Shown: positions 26,830 through 39,259 of the stretch, piece by piece | Layout: the number at the start of each line of letters is the position of its first letter | Position numbering within the stretch: the first letter of the stretch is position 1 | DNA from: Neoechinorhynchus agilis | Taxonomy: Eukaryota > Animalia > Acanthocephala | Direction of reading: 5' to 3' | Length of the DNA: 64,000 bases | NCBI GenBank assembly: GCA_051530055.1 | Contig: CM121341.1 | Location: forward strand, 14,610,784 to 14,674,783 | Program-made: the position numbers and the translations under genes | Notes under the pieces: model-generated | Told to the model about the DNA's origin: nothing | Database searches by the model: none | Seen by the model: the letters and a program-made list of their open reading frames with translations, nothing else

Positions 26830-28330
26830 AATAATTATCAATATACGCCTACACAAAAACACCATAAATCAGCCCGTCCAATCCAAGCTGATCCACACAT
26901 TGTCTCAACTCTAAAGTTGTTTCTATCATTGCCAATCATTCATCCCAACAAAAAAATCCATTCACGAACAATGTAACTTCAAAGGACCGTCCAAGATCGG
27001 GCGTATCAATTTTTGTACTACAATCGCTATCATACTCTTCATCTCTCATAGGCTCTCTACAAAACCCCGATCTAGAATTCATCGCAGTCCATTTCTCCGT
27101 TCCTCTAGGAAATGGCCTCAGAGAATTCATAATTGCTATCGTCTACTTGGCTCTCGTCCTGAGTCATCTTTGCGCCGACTTGATTCCATGATGGAGCTCA
27201 TAAACTCCACAAATTCACACCATTTCTTAATTGCAAGCACTTCAGTAAACTATTTCCTCTTATCCTTTTCCAAATTTCGTCAACCAATTGACTACCCAAC
27301 TCATCTTGACGCTCACCACGACAAAGTGATCACATATATCGACGCCCTCTCTCCCGTCTCTAAATTCCTTCGTCCGCGAAATCTTTCCACTCGTCGGCTT
27401 TTATCACTCCCTCCACCCCACCTCAGCGTTTTAAAATCTCCCCGCTTACCCGTCTGGGATAAACGTGATCATAACATCTACAGTTTTATAAAAAAATTCA
27501 ACTCTAATATTTGCACCCTTCACTTTGACAACACAAATGTGACCCTTCTTTGGCGACGTCTTCCCTTACCTCAATCATAAAATATTCTCTAATTTCGACA
27601 AATCCCAAGAAATTTATTAATCTCCAACCGTGACCACCATGGATAGTCCCATCTTGAAACTTCTTCAAAAGCAACATTCTAAGATCAATCGCAATAACTC
27701 CCCAAACTTCTCCCGTTTACAAATCGCTCTAACTAACAAAATACTTGTCGTCCACAACTTTTTTCCTTTAAAATTCGTTCAGGTGGCAGTTTGACATGGT
27801 GCGGGCCGTCAAGAACTCTCTTGGTCTACGCAACCCATATCCCTCCCTGATTTTACCTCTTCTGAATTAAACTAGGTTCTGGGCTCCATCAATCAGAACC
27901 TCTGCCCTAACACTAATTATAATCTCTGCTCCACATCAGGCACCGCACAATCTTTCACGCCCACATCTGTAACCTTTTTTTAATTCATCGATACTCCCAT
28001 TAGTTTCGTCATACGAAGTACTACAGCAGCTCAATAAATTACCTCGACCTGCGTCCTTTCAATCCGAAATTCTAAACTGAGCTCTTCGCCTCATTATCCC
28101 CAAACTCATAGACCATTTTACCATCACTATACGTGAAAACTGCTAAAGTTATCCTTCTGACTAAAAAGGACTTCCTATTTCCACCGAATCACTCCGTCTA
28201 ATATTCATTCTACCCGCTCCTTCAAAAATCATCGAAAAATGTTTTAAATCTCCCTTTCTTCCACTTTTAACGACAAGTTATCGCCCCTGTGCCTTTATCA
28301 AGGGTGCTTGAAAGTCTTATGAAGTGTGCT
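26830..28330 (+). mobile_element. L2/CR1/Jockey-like APE endonuclease and RT N-terminal remnant
   Basis: Degenerate KDRPRSGVSIF, LEFIAVH...IIAIVY and AKVILL...YSFYPLLQK (NYRPISLL-like); many stops. Confidence 0.5.
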
Positions 28331-28639
28331 ACATAAAAGATAAAACTATGATATACTTGATAAAACTTTTAAGCAACCTCGATAAAGGCGCAACATTGTT
28401 CGGAAATATCGGACTTAATAAGTCCCATTAATTCTTCCGCCAGAAACAAACAATATTTTGCTCCAATTCGATTTTTAAAAAAACGCCGCGGCCGCAAAGT
28501 AAGTGATCCTTTATTTATAAAAGCCATTACCCACTTAAAAAAATGCCTTGCCAGCAACTTTCCATTTAATTTGTAACATAAATAAATTCTAAGTTTGTCT
28601 GTCAGCTAGTAATGTCTAAGTCTCTGCCAAGTCATTTAT

Positions 28640-31600
28640 CGAATTATTGAAGTTCTGGAGTATTAGTGCCGATGGCGGTTCCCTCGACAACCAATTTATC
28701 CTGTTTGATGCAATCCACTCATCGTTTCCTCGGTTTTCCTCGTATGCAATTTCACTTTATTTCCAGTCTCTCCGTGCTGTGCAGTATGCTATCTGCTTCG
28801 CACTTCGAAACTTTATCGTGCCAGTGCAACCTTCTTTGGACGATCAACTCTGAACATCAGCAAGTGCCGAACAGCTCCCTGATGTCCGCATTTCTTTTCT
28901 TGTCATTGAGAGTGTACCCTGCTGCCCATCTCAGCATCCTCATCTCGTTCGTTTCTAATCTTCTGTGATCGTTTTGCTTGGCCGTCCAAGTTTCTGCGCC
29001 ATATAAAATGGCTGGTCGCACCACGGTCTCGAACACCCGCTCTTTCAGTTTCGGTGAGATCCTCTTGTAGAATAGTACACTAAACATCTTCCTCCAGTTG
29101 TGCCACCCGCTTTGTATACGATCAGTTATTTCGGGTTCGAGGGAATTTGTCATATTTACTTCGCTGCCTAGATATTTCACTGTTTCTCTCATCGTCAATT
29201 CCGCACCTTCTAACATTAGCGCTTCTGGTCCCATGCATATCGTCTTCAACCTGTTTACCTTAAGACCGTTGGTTTCCAATGCCTCACGCCGACCTTACAG
29301 ACTTCGCTGAGCACGTGTTTCAGCTGTCACAATCAAGTCATCAGCTACCAATAGTGTTCATGGGGGCTTTCGGGCGATTTGCTTAGAACCCAACACATTT
29401 ATGATCGTGACGAATAGGAACGGACTGAGAGTTGATCCCTGATGCAATCCAACTGTAACCTCAAAATAGTTTGTCTCTCCCACAATGCATCTGACACAAG
29501 TGCAGGATCCTTCGTACATGATCTAGATTGCTCTTATGTATTCCTCGGGACAGTTCTTCTTCCTTAGGCACGCCCATATTAGGTCTCTCGGCACTGTATC
29601 ATAGACTTTCTCGGGTTCCACGAATGCACTGTATAGCGGCTTCTGTATTTCATTTTACCGCTCGTACAATTGTCTGATTAGAAAGATCGTTTCTTTTGTG
29701 CTCCGTCCTGGAATAAAACCTCCATGATGTTCTTCGATGCAGATCTCTTCTCGCAGTCTACTGTTTAGAAGCCTTTCATATAGCTTCATTGTGTGACTCA
29801 AAAGCTTTATGCCCCTATAGTTATTGCATTGTTCAATATCTCCTTTTTGTGGATCGGAAAAACTACACTTCGTCGCCATGCTTCGGGCATTTTCCCGATT
29901 TATGACATTCTTCGATATAGATTCGTCAACACTTGGATACCAAAACTGCCCAACGCTTTCCATATTTCGATCGGGATACCATATGGTTCAAAACTTTTCC
30001 CCAATTTCATGCGTCCAAGCTGTCTCGCAACTTCGTTGTAGGAGAACGGTCGCACTGCTTTCGCGCATGGCGGTGCTTCCTCGCTGGGTTGACGCGGATT
30101 CTCTGTATTCAGGAGTTTATCGAAATACTCTCGCCATCTTAGAAGAACCTCGTTTTCATCTGACTATGTGCTTCCCGACGAATCCTTGATCCTTTTGATA
30201 CTGGAAATATCCTTTGACTTTTTGTCGCGAATTTGTGCGAGCTTGAAGATCTTTCCACTCTCATTGCCTTTTTCCAGTACCTCATAGATCTCTTTATCTG
30301 CCTCTCTCTTTCCAATCGCGCATTCCCTTTCCGCATTTTTCTTTTCCTGCTTGAAATTCTTATGAAATGCAACTGTTCGAGCCTGGTCCCATATCCTCTT
30401 AGCTTCTCGCTTTCGCCGTATCGCCTCTTTTACCCTTAGGTTCCAACACCACTTATTACTTGATGGAGGCGGTCTGCCTGATGTCTGCCCAAGAATGTAT
30501 ATTCCTTCCTCCAGAATTAGTTTTGATGATCCGTTCCACCATACATCTGGGTCGTCAACTTCCATTTTCAGCTTACCTATTAGCGATTTACCAACTAGTT
30601 TTCGAAGCTCAGTATCCTTTAGCAACCACCATCTGATTCGAGGGTTCACTTTCCGAGCATACTGTTTCCTCTTTTTCTGATCGTCAAGTCTGCTACTACT
30701 ACTCGGTGTTATGGTACGCAATCTTCTCCGAGAATCGTTTTGACGTTCTTTATTTCGCTCCATCGTAATATCGGGTAAAGGATGAAATCAATTTGACTTG
30801 ATTTTCCACCGCTCGAATAGGTAGTAATATCCCATCGTCTTTTTGGGAAAACCTGTTCGAAAGTCGCAGTTCTCTTGAAACGGCCAAGTCGAGAAGCTTT
30901 TCACCTTCGACGTTTCGTTCACCAATGTTGTGTCCACCATGTATTCGTTCGTAATAGTCTTCATTTACTAAATGTAATATGAAGTCTCCTGTAATCGCAT
31001 AACGAGTGCTCTTATAGTTCGCAAAAGTATCCGATGAGCTTTGCCAGAATTGCTGTTTCTCTTCCTCTGTACATGAGATTTGCGGGGCATAGACCGATAT
31101 TATGGTGATATCCTCTCCCCCTAAATCGAATCGAACCGATATGATCCTACCATTTGTTCTCACCACTTCCAAAACGCAATCGACTAGTCCTTTTTTCCAT
31201 GATGACTCCAACCACATTCCTGCAACTTCGTTCGCCACTGTAGATTATTTTATAACCATCGCCTAGTTCACGGGCTTTCGCTCCTTTCCACCTGGTCTCC
31301 TGCACTTCTGGTATACCGATCTTTCTCCTTCTTATCATATCAACTATTTTCGACTCCTTCCCGTCATCGATCCCACATATCGCGTTGCCATTCTTACGTC
31401 AGTTGTGTAGATTAATTTCTTTAGCCGAGACCGTCCATGCCTCGGTAGCCCTTGATGATTTAACACAAGTCCCGGCGAAGAACTTCCGTAGTCCTTTAGT
31501 TGATTCAGTTGTTGGTTGTCATTTGGGTCAAAATTTGGCACGAATTCTACAGCTGGATGGCCTTCCTGACGCCAACCCTACAGCTTTCTCAGCCGGGTTT

Positions 31601-31640
31601 CGGACCGTCCTTGGTGGATAGTTTCTGGGATTTATTTAAC
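28640..31640 (-). mobile_element. Near full-length (~3 kb) decayed RTE-clade LINE (APE endonuclease + RT)
   Basis: QETRWKGAKARELGDGYKIIYSG, IISVYAPQ, NYRGIKLLSHTMKLYERLL, GLHQGSTLSPFLF, KYLGS, RPAILYGAETW, RGKPRKR; frameshifts and stops. Confidence 0.92.
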
Positions 31641-31902
31641 TCCAAGTGCAAATAAAAAATAAATACAATGATACAAATTAGAGAATTGACTTGTCTAAAA
31701 CGGAAGGAATTAAAGACATATCCGTACCTTCCATTGCTGGAATTGGTGGTCTTTAAACAATCTCTGCGAATCGAGCACCATGTTGCTTTTGTGCCGAACT
31801 GACTCGCCATTTTACTAAGGCTGGATACCTAATGGCATTTCAAGTTACAGGTTTAAGAGACTACTCGTGTGTCACTTGTAGCCTAGTAAATTAACTGCAG
31901 CG

Positions 31903-32042
31903 ACCGTACCATCTTATACATTGAAACTTTTGTCTTAGTCGTACTATGTCGTTAATAAAAAGGAATTTAACAACCGTATCCCCTTCTACATTGAAATTTT
32001 TGTTTCGGTCGTACGGTGTCGTGAATAAAACGGATTCACTCA
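31903..32042. repeat. Two diverged 70-bp tandem units directly upstream of the LRR gene
   Basis: accgta...tacattgaaa.tttg...gtcgtac...gtcgt.aataaaa.gga repeated at 31903 and 31973. Confidence 0.6.
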
Positions 32043-32121
32043 AGTATGACGGATTGTCTTACTCTTGCGTTAAAATGATTTGTATATAAGACGGCTCGTT
32101 AGTGTTTCAATCCGCGTACCC

Positions 32122-34143
32122 ATGATCATTTTGCTATTACTTGGAACGGTTTTGTTGTCTCTTGAACAAAGGATACAAAATCCCTTGCCGCCTCCCGGTT
32201 TATTTCCTGATTTTCATGATACTACATTTGAAGTCGATACTATCAATGAAGAAGCCGAGCCTCAGATTTTAAAATGTTCACTCTTGTTGCAAGCCGAAAG
32301 CTACGGAGCTGATATTTCATGTGCAAAAGGATCTCCTGGTATACCTTTGCCAACTATGTTCTCGATATTAAGGCGAAAATATCAAATTAAAAGGCTCGTA
32401 GCTGATGGTTTGGACATGTTACAGCTTCCAGATGATTTAGGAAATCTTCTGCCTAACATAAATGATATTGTTCTGAAGAACACAGAAAAAACGGATGCAT
32501 CTCACTCCTTGTCTCCTTCAATTATGGCGAAATTTAAGCATCTAAAACGTCTCACCTTGCAGGGTTTCGGTATTAGGAAGATTTTTTCAGAGGCGTTTGA
32601 TGGTTTCCGAAGCTTGACTCATCTCACTCTCAGTGGAAATGAAATATCATTCTTCGGATTTGAATCGTACAAATATTTGACTGAGTTGGAGCACTTAGAC
32701 CTTGCAAACAACAGCCTTAGAGACAACTGCATAAAATCGGTCGAACGGTTTCCTAAGCTAAAATACCTTGACTTGTCTCGTAATTTTTTGAAGCGCTTTG
32801 AACCTTCAAAAGATAGCGCATTTTTGGCAAGTATAAGATATATAAAAATCGTGGATACTCCACTAGAATCTCTGAAACTAGAGACACTAAATGAAGCCTG
32901 TAACTTACAATCGCTGGAATTTTCATTTATAAACAATCCGGAGGATTTATTTCTAGGAAATTTACGTTTGCGCAAACTAGAAAAACTCGTGATGCATGGA
33001 GGAACCGCGAAATATTTTAATCCATCCATTCTGCGGCATGTGGCGCCTGAAATCAATCATTTTGGTATAGTAGATTCTGAACTTGTAGAGGTTCCGCACA
33101 GAACAAAGGGTACACGTGAATCGTTTCACTATTTAAACCTAAGAGGAAACAGGTTGACCTCCGTGAGTGCTTATTCTCTCTTACATTATAACTACTTGAA
33201 AGTTCTTGATTTGTCCTTCAATCGAATTGAAAGTGTTAACGAAGACACGTTTCGATTTATGAACCATTTATCTTGTCTTGATCTCAGTGGAAACGTTCTC
33301 CGAGATTTACCACATAATCTGCTACACCATAATCGATATCTGCGATCATTGTTAGTCGCCCAAAACGAACTTACGAGTATTCAAAGTGACCCCCGTTTCT
33401 GGGAATATGATGAGTTCCTCGAGGTAATCGATTTGTCTGGGAACAGAATCGTTGATTTGTACTTACCAGCGCACGGAAAAGGAAACGTATCGCAGTTTAT
33501 AGTAAAAGATAATCCGCTCTCAAGGATTGTGGTCAACGCTACCCGCAGGGAGGATGCGCTTTCAATACTGACTTCATATAGACACCAAATCCCGGAGCCA
33601 ACAAGAAAAGCTGCTAATCTTCTTGATCTCGATCCTCTTTCCCACAATTCAACAATTACATCCTTGGCTGCAAAGAAGATTCAAACGATCAGAGATGTTA
33701 ACAAGTATCCTTATTTTGTAGAAAAAACGAATTCGCTGGATTTAAGTTTCAATGAAATCTCGTCTATATTTAGGCGAGACTTTTTGCAACTTTATGAACT
33801 TGAGTTTCTTTGTTTACGTAATAACAAGATTCAACGGATTCAGGAATATACGTTTTATTGGGCTCCTTTGATAAAAGTTCTTGATCTTGGCAACAATCGA
33901 CTGGAGCAGCTCCATGTACATAACATGTTTTATAGTCTTGGGCAATTGATTTACCTTAGCCTTGAAAACAACCATCTTCGATTTGTCCATCCAAATACTC
34001 TCGCTCCTCTGTTTAATCTTCTCGTCCTCGACATCTCTAAGAACCCCATTCGAAAATTCGATACTAAGCTTACAAGTGCAATGAAATCCATCGCAGAAGT
34101 TCGTGTGAACGGAACGGGCATTGAAGTGGTCATGGACTTTTAG
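32122..34143 (+). CDS. Intronless leucine-rich repeat protein with signal peptide (~673 aa)
   Basis: N-terminal MIILLLLGTVLLSL; many LxxLxLxxNxL repeats (LTHLTLSGNEI, LEHLDLANNSL, LKVLDLSFNRI, LIYLSLENNHL); no obvious TM segment. Confidence 0.9.
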   Translation: MIILLLLGTVLLSLEQRIQNPLPPPGLFPDFHDTTFEVDTINEEAEPQILKCSLLLQAESYGADISCAKGSPGIPLPTMFSILRRKYQIKRLVADGLDMLQLPDDLGNLLPNINDIVLKNTEKTDASHSLSPSIMAKFKHLKRLTLQGFGIRKIFSEAFDGFRSLTHLTLSGNEISFFGFESYKYLTELEHLDLANNSLRDNCIKSVERFPKLKYLDLSRNFLKRFEPSKDSAFLASIRYIKIVDTPLESLKLETLNEACNLQSLEFSFINNPEDLFLGNLRLRKLEKLVMHGGTAKYFNPSILRHVAPEINHFGIVDSELVEVPHRTKGTRESFHYLNLRGNRLTSVSAYSLLHYNYLKVLDLSFNRIESVNEDTFRFMNHLSCLDLSGNVLRDLPHNLLHHNRYLRSLLVAQNELTSIQSDPRFWEYDEFLEVIDLSGNRIVDLYLPAHGKGNVSQFIVKDNPLSRIVVNATRREDALSILTSYRHQIPEPTRKAANLLDLDPLSHNSTITSLAAKKIQTIRDVNKYPYFVEKTNSLDLSFNEISSIFRRDFLQLYELEFLCLRNNKIQRIQEYTFYWAPLIKVLDLGNNRLEQLHVHNMFYSLGQLIYLSLENNHLRFVHPNTLAPLFNLLVLDISKNPIRKFDTKLTSAMKSIAEVRVNGTGIEVVMDF

Positions 34144-34329
34144 AAAGAAAAGCATCTTGAACGTTTTAATATGCAGATTAAATTTTTTTAACTAAATGTG
34201 TCTTTGAACGTACGAAAATTGGTAATCTTAATACTCATCACTTCACACAACTTTGCGTTTTAGTTGATACCATTCGATTGTGATTCTGATATCAATATAA
34301 TCGAACTTGCATATTGGCACGCAATTAAG

Positions 34330-35165
34330 TTTCCGGCCCAAATTTTCTGCAACGGATGCCCTACTTTGCATTTATGACACGACAATAATCCCTCTCATTC
34401 TACTGGACTTATCGAAAGTTTTCGACACCATAGACCATTCACTCCTTCTCTAGGCCTGATCGGATTTTGATCTCAACTTATGGCACATCCGCTGGCTCGC
34501 CTCTTATTTTCACAATCGCCAATAATACATTCACTGCCGGGCTAATTGGATTTGCATATCACACTCCCCTCAAGCGCAATACCTTTAAAAATTACCTCCT
34601 CAAACGCCTCCGCCATTTAAGAATCATTTCGCCCGATCTTTCCAAATATTACTGCAGCTTTATTTTACCCTCCCTCACCTACGGCTATCCCGTCTTTTAT
34701 AACCTGTCCAAATCACAAACCTGTCGCCTTGAAGAGTTTCATGGAAGATCCTATAAAATTTGCACAGTTGATTTTCAGATGCTCATCGAATGCCCTAATA
34801 AAATTTTCATAAAATAATCAAAGTACCCTTCAACCCTGACACCAATTATTTTTCCACATTTTATTCCCCTTTTCACATGAGCACAACAGTCGTAATCCTA
34901 ATTCCTTTCATCTTCTTATACCTCGGACCTACCTCTTCCTCCGCTCCTTTTTCCATGCCGCTCAATCTTCTCGGATATGAAGACCCAAAATGAACCTGAG
35001 GACAGCCCCAACTTAACAAACTCTCCTTCAAAAAACCGATATTCCCACCCGATGGGACCCGTAATCAACTCTAAAATACACAACAAGAATCAACAACCGC
35101 ATTCATTGAACGAATCACAACTCGAATTGTTTAGGAGGGCCCAAAGGTATGTGGGTTCTATTCTT
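34330..35165 (+). mobile_element. Internally deleted L2/CR1-like RT and 3' end
   Basis: TDALLCIYD...LILLDLSKVFDTIDHSLLL, then FILPSLTYG region and conserved 3' motif gagggcccaaaggtatgtgggttc. Confidence 0.75.
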
Positions 35166-35169
35166 TGTT

Positions 35170-35570
35170 TATTATCATATAAACGTATGCAGAGTTTCGA
35201 GTAGTTCCTCGAAGTTTCGTACATATGAGGCTGCCCTCTGAATTAGCGAACTGACAGCTATTGCCAAGAGCCGAGGCCGAAATTATCCGGCGGCATTTTA
35301 ATAAATTTGCGGCCGTTGTTGTGATCGGGACAAATGGCATTTTGTGCGTCTTAACCATTGCGTACATTACTGGAATGATCAATGGTCCGCGTGTGAAGCC
35401 GCTCATACCTCTCAGATTTCTAACGGCAATCACTTCTCGAAGGGCACGATTCAGCTGCTTTCTCTTCGATTCGGTATAGTCTTTATCCTCTCGCTTGTAC
35501 ACACTATCATCACTCAATAGCTCGTCCATCATTGCGGATTCAACACTCCTCGGAAAACCATCCATAGCGC
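35170..35570 (-). mobile_element. Penelope-like element RT N-terminal fragment
   Basis: MDELLSDDSVYKREDKDYT...IIPVMYAMVKTHKMPFVPI resembles PLE LLxDxxxY...DPT...PxLYGLPKxHK...RPI. Confidence 0.65.
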
Positions 35571-35724
35571 CGACTAAGAAGCTCACACAAAGAGATGTTT
35601 CCAGCTTCAAGTCGATATCGCTCGTTTGAGCTATCAGTTGCGAGTGAGTGCGTCGATAGAGAATAGCGAAAATGCGGCTTTGCCGATCACGGATGATACC
35701 AGAGAATCGAATCAATTATGGAAG

Positions 35725-37470
35725 TCAAGATCACGTTTAGAACCAAGAGGTCCTTGGGGTCCCATTGGATCTTGCGATCCAGATAGACCCATCTTCCCGG
35801 GTTCGCCTCGCTCTCCTTTGATACCCGCAGGCCTTGGTCGTCTTGGTGTCCCCATGTTTCCTTTGTCACCTGAAACTCCCGGTGAGCCAGGATAACCTCT
35901 CTCCTGGAAATCCTTGAGCACCGGTAGAACCAAGTGTACCGTGAGGACCATTGGGTCCTGTTTATCCTCTTTCACCTCGTTCGCCTGGAGGGCCTGAGAA
36001 ACCGTCAGGTCCTGCAGGCCCAGAGACCCTTTGTGGTCCTGCTTCTCCCCATGTGCCCTCAGGATCGATCTGACCGGTCGGACCAGGTGGTCCAGTAGGA
36101 GCGATTGGTCCGGGTTCACCTCTTTCGTCAATATGAAAAAGTGGGCCATACGTGCCAGTAAAACCCATGGGACCAGGACGACCTTGAAATCCGGATGGAC
36201 CAGGTGGACCCGGCATTCCTAAAGGTCCAGTAGATGCAGGTTGTCCAGTCGCGCCGACATCACCTTTCGGTCCGCTTGATCCTATGGAACCCCGTACACC
36301 GCACTAGGTTCCCCTGGTTCCGCCCCTACATCCCTTTTCTCCCGTACGAACTAAAGCACCAGGCTTTCCGCGTGAGCCTTTATCACCTTGAGGACCGGGT
36401 AATCCCGGAAATCCGGGTAAGCCCGCCTTTCTCTTCGTTCCAAGGTCTACTGTCTCCTCTATGTCCGCCTTGATCCTTTGCACCTTGAGTCCCTGATGGC
36501 CCAGCAACACCTTTTACGCCATGTTCTCCAACTTCGTAACGAGGGTCAACTTCTCCTTTCATTCCTGGGGCTCCAGTTTTTCCTGTTGCACCGTTTTCCC
36601 CTCTTTGACCTTGAGGACCTTGATTACCCTTTGTTCCGCCTGGACCAGCGAAACCAGGAGCCCCTCGCTGACCATCTTGGCCTTAATCACCTTTGTTGAC
36701 AGGTTCACCAGTTTCACCAGGTGGGCCCATTGGTCCTTCCGGTCAAGGCAAACCAGAACTTCCTGGTTCCCAGGGAGGCCCCATTACGCCAGATTGTCCT
36801 ATCGGTCCAGGTGCACCAGGGGGACCTCGTGGTCCTCGTTGGCCAGTAGCACCCACTCGTCCGGGAGTTCCAGGAGCGCCATCATTCCCCTTTATACCCA
36901 TCGGTCCGTCCGCACCTGGGGGACCTGGTTGCCCTTGGGTTCCAGCAGGTCCCTTCTGTCCTACAGGACATCGTGGTCCCGCTTCACCTGTTGGTCCCAC
37001 TGGTCCATCCGCGCCAGCCGGACCTGTTCTTCCAACCGGACCCGGTTCGACCCTCTCTCCATCTTGTCTAGGAAAACCACGATCGCCCTTTTGACCCGGT
37101 AATCCAGGTATACCCTGAAACCCTCTTCATCCTTTCGGTGCTGTAGAACCTGTTATGCCTCTTTCGTCGTCTCGGCCTGGAGAACTCCTTTCTCCGCATT
37201 TTCCAGGAGACCCCGGTTCGCCGACAGGTCCTGGTTGACCCCTTACTCCTTGTTCAAATTCCACACCTTTTGGTCTAGCGGACCGGTCCTTCCCATTGGA
37301 CCGGGTGGCCCTTGTCTGTCGACTGGACCCTGTAGACCCCTCAAGCTATGCATTTGATTGGTTATCATTGCCTGAAAACTTGCAACCTGTCCACTAGGAC
37401 CCTTCTAATCCAATTGAGGAAACGGAATGACAATAACGTTGCCAGGTTTCTGAGAGGCGCCAACACCTGC
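35725..37470 (-). pseudogene. Fibrillar collagen (clade B, type V/XI-like) pseudogene, no introns evident
   Basis: ~1.7 kb of Gly-X-Y with many Gly substitutions, in-frame stops (KG*RGFQGIPGLPGQKGDRG) and frameshifts; QAMITNQMHSLRG precedes the main helix as in type V/XI chains. Confidence 0.8.
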
Positions 37471-37750
37471 GAACGTTGCAAAGAAGGAAATGGCGTTGGG
37501 CGGAACACCATTCGCGGTGCCATTCAGATGGCGAAGTGAACCTCTCAACCGAGATCATTTATAAAGCCCGAAACCCGGTGGATTTAGCGATTGCAGCGGT
37601 GATTTCGGGAGAGGCGATGGGTTCGAATCGGGAAACAACTGAGGATGAGGGCGGGCGGATGCACCTCATCAACCACAAGAGGAATGAGCTAGTGGAGTCG
37701 ATGCGCGGATGTTGTGACCTGTTTGTGTCTCCCCATCTCACATTTTAGAT
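37400..37750 (+). mobile_element. Possible GIY-YIG endonuclease C-terminal remnant (Penelope-like)
   Basis: AEHHSRCH...TEIIYKARNPVDLAIA resembles the PLE EN EH...EIL...N...L.I.EA region. Confidence 0.35.
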
Positions 37751-38378
37751 TGCTCAATTGAAGCCGCAAAACGGCGAAAGCTAGGCAAATAAATCAACTA
37801 TATTTCGGTGTATATGTCAAATTGAATGCGATTCACGCTATTATAATATTAGACAGAGGAGAAAGTAACCCAAAAATCCAAATAAACGGATCTCCGAAGA
37901 CAATTTGTAAGTGTCAGAATTTATATTGGCTCAATTAATTTTGGGTTCTCAAAACGAAACTCACTGACATTGACAGCATATGACAGACCAGCCTGTGTAA
38001 CAACCATCCCCACCCTTCGAAGTCCACTGAAATATGCATTGGATAAGGTATTGTACAACCACTTTTTCAATTCTTAAAAGACTCCTTTGTATCAGAAACA
38101 ATCTGGAGAACACATTGGCATTTTACATCAACGCAAAAAAGAAATCGTAAATAAAAAATAAGTTAAAACATCGCCATTAAGTAGGATTTAACATAAATAA
38201 TTAATGACGAGTTGGCTCTAGCAACATAATACAAAAAGTTTCGCTTGTAAAAAATTTAGACGTGACATTTAAGAACTCTTAAAAATTAGCTTGTAAACAA
38301 TAAATACGCTACGTTTATACAATAAGACTGAGTTTTTTCAAGAAAAATAGCATTTGTTTTCGAGATCTTCAATTTTGG

Positions 38379-38386
38379 TATAAAAG
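38379..38386 (+). promoter_or_regulatory. TATA box upstream of EF-hand gene A (mirrored in copy 1)
   Basis: TATAAAAG ~60 nt upstream of ATG 38442. Confidence 0.6.
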
Positions 38387-38441
38387 GCTTCGAAACTCCA
38401 ATCCAGCTCATCTCGTTTCCAACGAACAAGCACAAACGAAA

Positions 38442-38783
38442 ATGGAAAAAATTGTCAACCTTGGATTAAAAGCGGCTAAGGCTGCAGGTCTCAATCCTTC
38501 AGAAAGTGGCATGGTTATTGATACGATTTTTAAGCAGCTCGATAAAGACGGTAATGGATCGATAGATTTCCCAGAAATGCAAGACGGATTGGCAAGACTT
38601 CAGTTAGGTGCTTTAGGCGAAAAAGCAGCCAAGGAGTTATTTTCAAAAATGGATACAAATCAAGATGACCGAATTAGTAAAGACGAGTTCAGCAAAATAG
38701 TTCATCGTGCAAGCGAGATGTTACACGAGAAACTAAGTCCCGAAAAGATTAAAGAGTGTGAACGTCAAGGAGGTTGCAAATGA
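38442..38783 (+). CDS. Two-EF-hand protein A (copy 2)
   Basis: Identical translation to 21951-22292; inside inverted duplication 38102-39193 of 21541-22670. Confidence 0.88.
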   Translation: MEKIVNLGLKAAKAAGLNPSESGMVIDTIFKQLDKDGNGSIDFPEMQDGLARLQLGALGEKAAKELFSKMDTNQDDRISKDEFSKIVHRASEMLHEKLSPEKIKECERQGGCK

Positions 38784-38907
38784 GTTCAGGTTTTAATAAA
38801 ACTGAGAGCCTGGAATACCGATCGTCGAAATCATAGCAAAATACGATTTTGTTGTGCAAATCCAAGTTTTATTTATTTTTATTCTTTCCCAACTCACGGA
38901 CTTTTAG

Positions 38908-39177
38908 ATGTCTCAATTTCTCAATATGTTTTCTCAGAGTGGAATGCAAAGTGTGATGATGATGCAGAGTGTCTTTTCCTATCTCGATAGAAATGGGGAT
39001 GGATACCTCGATTTCGAAGAAGTTATGATGGCTCTTCAACAAATTGGACTTGGCTTTATCGGTAGAAACATGGTTTATCCAGTGTTCAAAATGGTTGATA
39101 GAAATCACAACAACGTTATAGATTTTAATGAATTTAATGCTCTGGTAGGCATGCTACAACGCATGCAAAGTCATTAA
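38908..39177 (+). CDS. Two-EF-hand protein B (copy 2)
   Basis: Identical translation to 21557-21826. Confidence 0.85.
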   Translation: MSQFLNMFSQSGMQSVMMMQSVFSYLDRNGDGYLDFEEVMMALQQIGLGFIGRNMVYPVFKMVDRNHNNVIDFNEFNALVGMLQRMQSH

Positions 39178-39259
39178 GCCGGGCGTAATAAATACGATCG
39201 AAGCAATTAAAAATTGTCGATTTAAATGGTTTATTTTATCCTATCTGTGGCTAGCAGGT

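Noticed and set aside
31480-31640. HDV-like ribozyme in the RTE 5' UTR
   Set aside because: I could not build the nested double pseudoknot by eye; needs a covariance-model search.
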